NCBI GenBank assembly: GCA_051294375.1
Contig: CM119271.1
Location: forward strand, 800,721 to 864,720
DNA from: Paraspadella gotoi
Lineage: Eukaryota; Animalia; Chaetognatha
Reading direction: 5' to 3'
Length of the DNA: 64,000 bases
Shown: positions 60,857-64,000 of the stretch, one piece after another
Layout of the letters: every line of letters begins with the position of its first letter
Position numbering within the stretch: the first letter of the stretch is position 1
Position numbers and translations under genes: made by a program
Notes under the pieces: generated by a model
The model's database searches: none
Seen by the model: the letters and a program-made list of their open reading frames with translations, nothing else
What the model was told of the DNA's origin: nothing

Positions 60857-61140
60857 TGTGGATAAAGCGCTAAGTGGGCTGAAGACGACTGTCCATAACT
60901 TCTGTAACCCCCTCTAACAGCCATGGAACGGGTCCTGGGCTTGGAACTAGGCTTGAGGGGCTGCCACGCCCCCAAGGGAGCGTACGGGCGTCCTTACGCT
61001 TCTTACAGGGTAGGTACCGGGTTGGGATTGAAACCGGTACCTAAATGTCTTGAGCTGATGGCTTTACTCAATGAGCCACCTGGTCACAACTGAAAGAGTC
61101 ATGCTTATAGGCGGGGTGAACCTAGGTAATGCCCGACTAC
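60857..61140 (-). mobile_element. F2 solo LTR with decayed twister
   Basis: Colinear with 41078-41363. Catalytic G changed to A (AAGGA), UAA changed to UAC, T2 lost. Confidence 0.8.
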
Positions 61141-63321
61141 TGGAGCATCTATACAACACAAAGTTAAAAGTTACTTTCCGCCATAGTTTTCTAATTAGAT
61201 ATTAGATATCATTCTTGTTAAGAAGTCATTTATTGAAAATTTCAAAATACCTAAAAGTCTGAGCAGAAGGGGTGGAGAGGATAATTTTTTATGGGATTAA
61301 GGTTATTTATGATTCGTTATTGTTGAGGGTTAAGACTACCAAGTAGAATTGAATGTTCTGATAGGGATACATACCGGGGAAAGCTGTTTAAAGAAAGTGG
61401 CGTCCTTATATATTAGATGTAAATTAAAAGCAACTTTACTAGAGCAAAATACTATGGCGTCTGTTGGTAGGTTGGTCGGTTTGAAAGTTACTGCTGCAAA
61501 ACACCTTTTGCAGGACTTGACTGGTTATATGGCTCATTACTTAAGCATTAAGCAATTCACAAAAAGTCTTATTTTTTTCGTCTTTTTTTGTTTTTATCTG
61601 TCTTTAGAAATACTTTTTCATAGGCTCTAATAATAATCTCTTTACTCTTGAAACAGTTTTGCATTAAAATAGCTAAAAGATAATTTGGCATAATATTTAG
61701 CATACTAAAAAAAATCTTAAAAGCATATGGGTCGTCGCAATCGCATAAGAAAAATCTGAATTGACGACAAATTTTGATACTAAAAAATCAAATTTGCGAT
61801 TGTCAATTAAAAAAAATAATAATTTACTGAGGAAAATTACAGTTATAGTTTCTGAAAATAGAAATCTACTATGAAATTAAATTGAATAGGGGCGGGGGTA
61901 TAGAAATCTCATTACACAAAAATAAATGACACTGCTAAAATCTTTATATCACAAATTACATTCCCCTAACCCTAACTACCCCTAACCCTAACCACCCCTA
62001 ACCCAATTGCTTACCATTTAAAAAATATAACATAAAAATATTATTTATTTTCTTTTCATTTTGGTTATTTGTTTAAGGTAGAAAATGAATTGTTTATGTA
62101 CGAATTTTATTTAGAAATATAAATTTCGCAAAAACGAAATATAATTTTCGCAAAAACGAATTGACTTGTGAAACAAATATTTTTACAGACTCTCTTCAAA
62201 CTTTATGAAAATATTTGTTTCACAAGCCAATTCGTTTTCGCGCTGATGAAGGCTTACATTGAAGTCCGAAATTTATGTTTCTTAGTAAAAAAAACTCGTA
62301 CATCAACAAACAATTCATTTTTTACCTCAAACTTTAAAATTATAAATTTAAATAAATTTAAAACAATTATTATTTATTATAAAATTAAGAAATTTGTATA
62401 TTACTTTGCAAACTAAGACTCGACGCGAGAGAGAAAAATTTAAATGACCGCTAGTACCTAAAGTTGGTTGCGGACGTTGAATAGTAAAGTTACCAGGAAA
62501 TATAATATTTTAATTAAAAAAAGGTTTATATCCGTGCAATTGTATTTTTTTATTAGATCATTGTAATTATTAAAAAACTTGTGTGACTTGCCTATTGATT
62601 TTTTTTTTGAAGCCTTGCAAATCGGAACTTTGAAGTTAAAGCGACGATTCCTGTGGTAATAATACAATCAATTAAAGCTGGTCATCAATGATAAATTTCC
62701 TGAAAGAGGAATAACTTTGGTAATGAACAATATACAGGGTTGTAACCTAAAGTTTTAAAATAATATTCGGTTGTAGCCTCATCGTTTCTGTACCTCTCTC
62801 TCTTTCTCTCCCTCTCTCTCTCTATCTTTTAGGATTTAAGTATTTCGTGTTTTAATTAATTCCACAATTTAATACGTAAAATAAGTGATATATGTCATTT
62901 ATTCTTCCTTTGTAGCAAAGTGAATAAATCGCGCGATACAGAAATCGATAATGAAAACTGTATGATCGAAAATTGATTGAAGCTCCCATTTTTGTGATAA
63001 TGAAAGGACGAAAATAAAAGATCATAATGAAAATGGAAACTTGGAAGGTAATGACGAAAGATTTTTCGGGAGCTCCAAACTCAACTAATTGATCAAATTG
63101 TTCGATTAAACAAACTGATTGATTGATCGATCGGCTCCTCTGCTATAAGTAATACTGTCCAAAAAATGACACACTACATCTTTCAGAATTTAATGGCTTT
63201 TTAGAAAATTTAATTTGGAAAGGCCCTTGATTTAATTTTTAGAGGTCGAGAAGCGGGAAGAACTTGGCACAATGTAGTACTACTATGAGTATGACTAAAC
63301 TCTGACGAAAAAAGCCAGATT

Positions 63322-64000
63322 TTTAGTCGGTTCTGCTTATCAGCAGATTCCTCACTTTGTCGGTCCGTTGGTCCCACCCAAAAATCTTGTCGGTAAATCA
63401 TTATTATCATATCGGAACATCGAATTATGATAAATTACGCAAAAAAATGATGACTGTCCGTCCGTCCCCCCTTAGCGTTAAACTCCAATTACTCGTGATT
63501 GGATGGATGGATTCGAATTAAATTTTGTGTGGGGTAGGAAAGTGTGTGATTGAGCTGGATATAAAATTTTGATGGAATCGTGCGAGTGGAAATAAGTTTA
63601 AATGGAAAAAACAAAGTCATATTTATATATTTATTTATATATTTATATATATATTATATATATATTTATATATATATATTTATTTTCATATTTATCAAAA
63701 ATTGGATAAATAAATTGAATTGAAATTTTGTGTGTTGGTAGGAAAGTATGTAATTAAGCAGAAAAGACAATTTTTATGGTATCGTCGAAGTGGAAAAGAG
63801 TTTTAATTAGAAAACCAAAAGAAACATTTATATGAATTTTTAAAAAAATTATCTCTCTGACTCTCTCTGATTGATTGATGGACCAAATTATGCCAGTTGA
63901 CCAAATTATGTCAGTTGACCAAATTATGCCCGTTGATCAAATTATGTCAGTTGACCAAATTATGCCAGTTGACCAAATTATAAGCTGGTTGAACAAATTA
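63322..64000 (+). mobile_element. H1 HINE copy running into the 18-bp satellite
   Basis: Same head and internal repeats as 42716; satellite from 63880. Confidence 0.65.

Overview
AT-rich animal (invertebrate-like) genomic scaffold with spliced genes, three N-gaps and dense small repeats. Genes reconstructed by hand, all on the minus strand: an ATF4/ATF5-type bZIP gene with the classic uORF architecture and tandem intronic CARE sites; a 13-exon receptor (signal peptide, SUEL-lectin-like, CUB, TM) with a U1 snRNA gene antisense in one intron; and a divergent XK-related multi-pass membrane gene spanning about 25 kb. A stand-alone BEL/Pao-type gag ORF lies on the plus strand in an XK intron. Repeats include Penelope-type minimal hammerhead ribozymes, DINE-1/HINE-like elements with 18-bp satellites, a hAT-like MITE and a Kolobok-like MITE. 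Main result: small TG...CA elements (230-290 bp) contain a tRNA-derived Pol III-type promoter immediately followed by a circularly permuted (type-P5) twister ribozyme. The fold is supported by compensatory changes in both pseudoknots and in P2-P5 across three subfamilies. Most copies are solo LTRs, two with perfect 6-bp TSDs. One (40676-41363) is a complete LTR-PBS-121 bp-PPT-LTR mini-retrotransposon predicted to release a 407-nt circularisable RNA, i.e. a candidate animal tRNA/twister LTR-retrozyme. All calls come from manual reading; no searches or folding programs were run.
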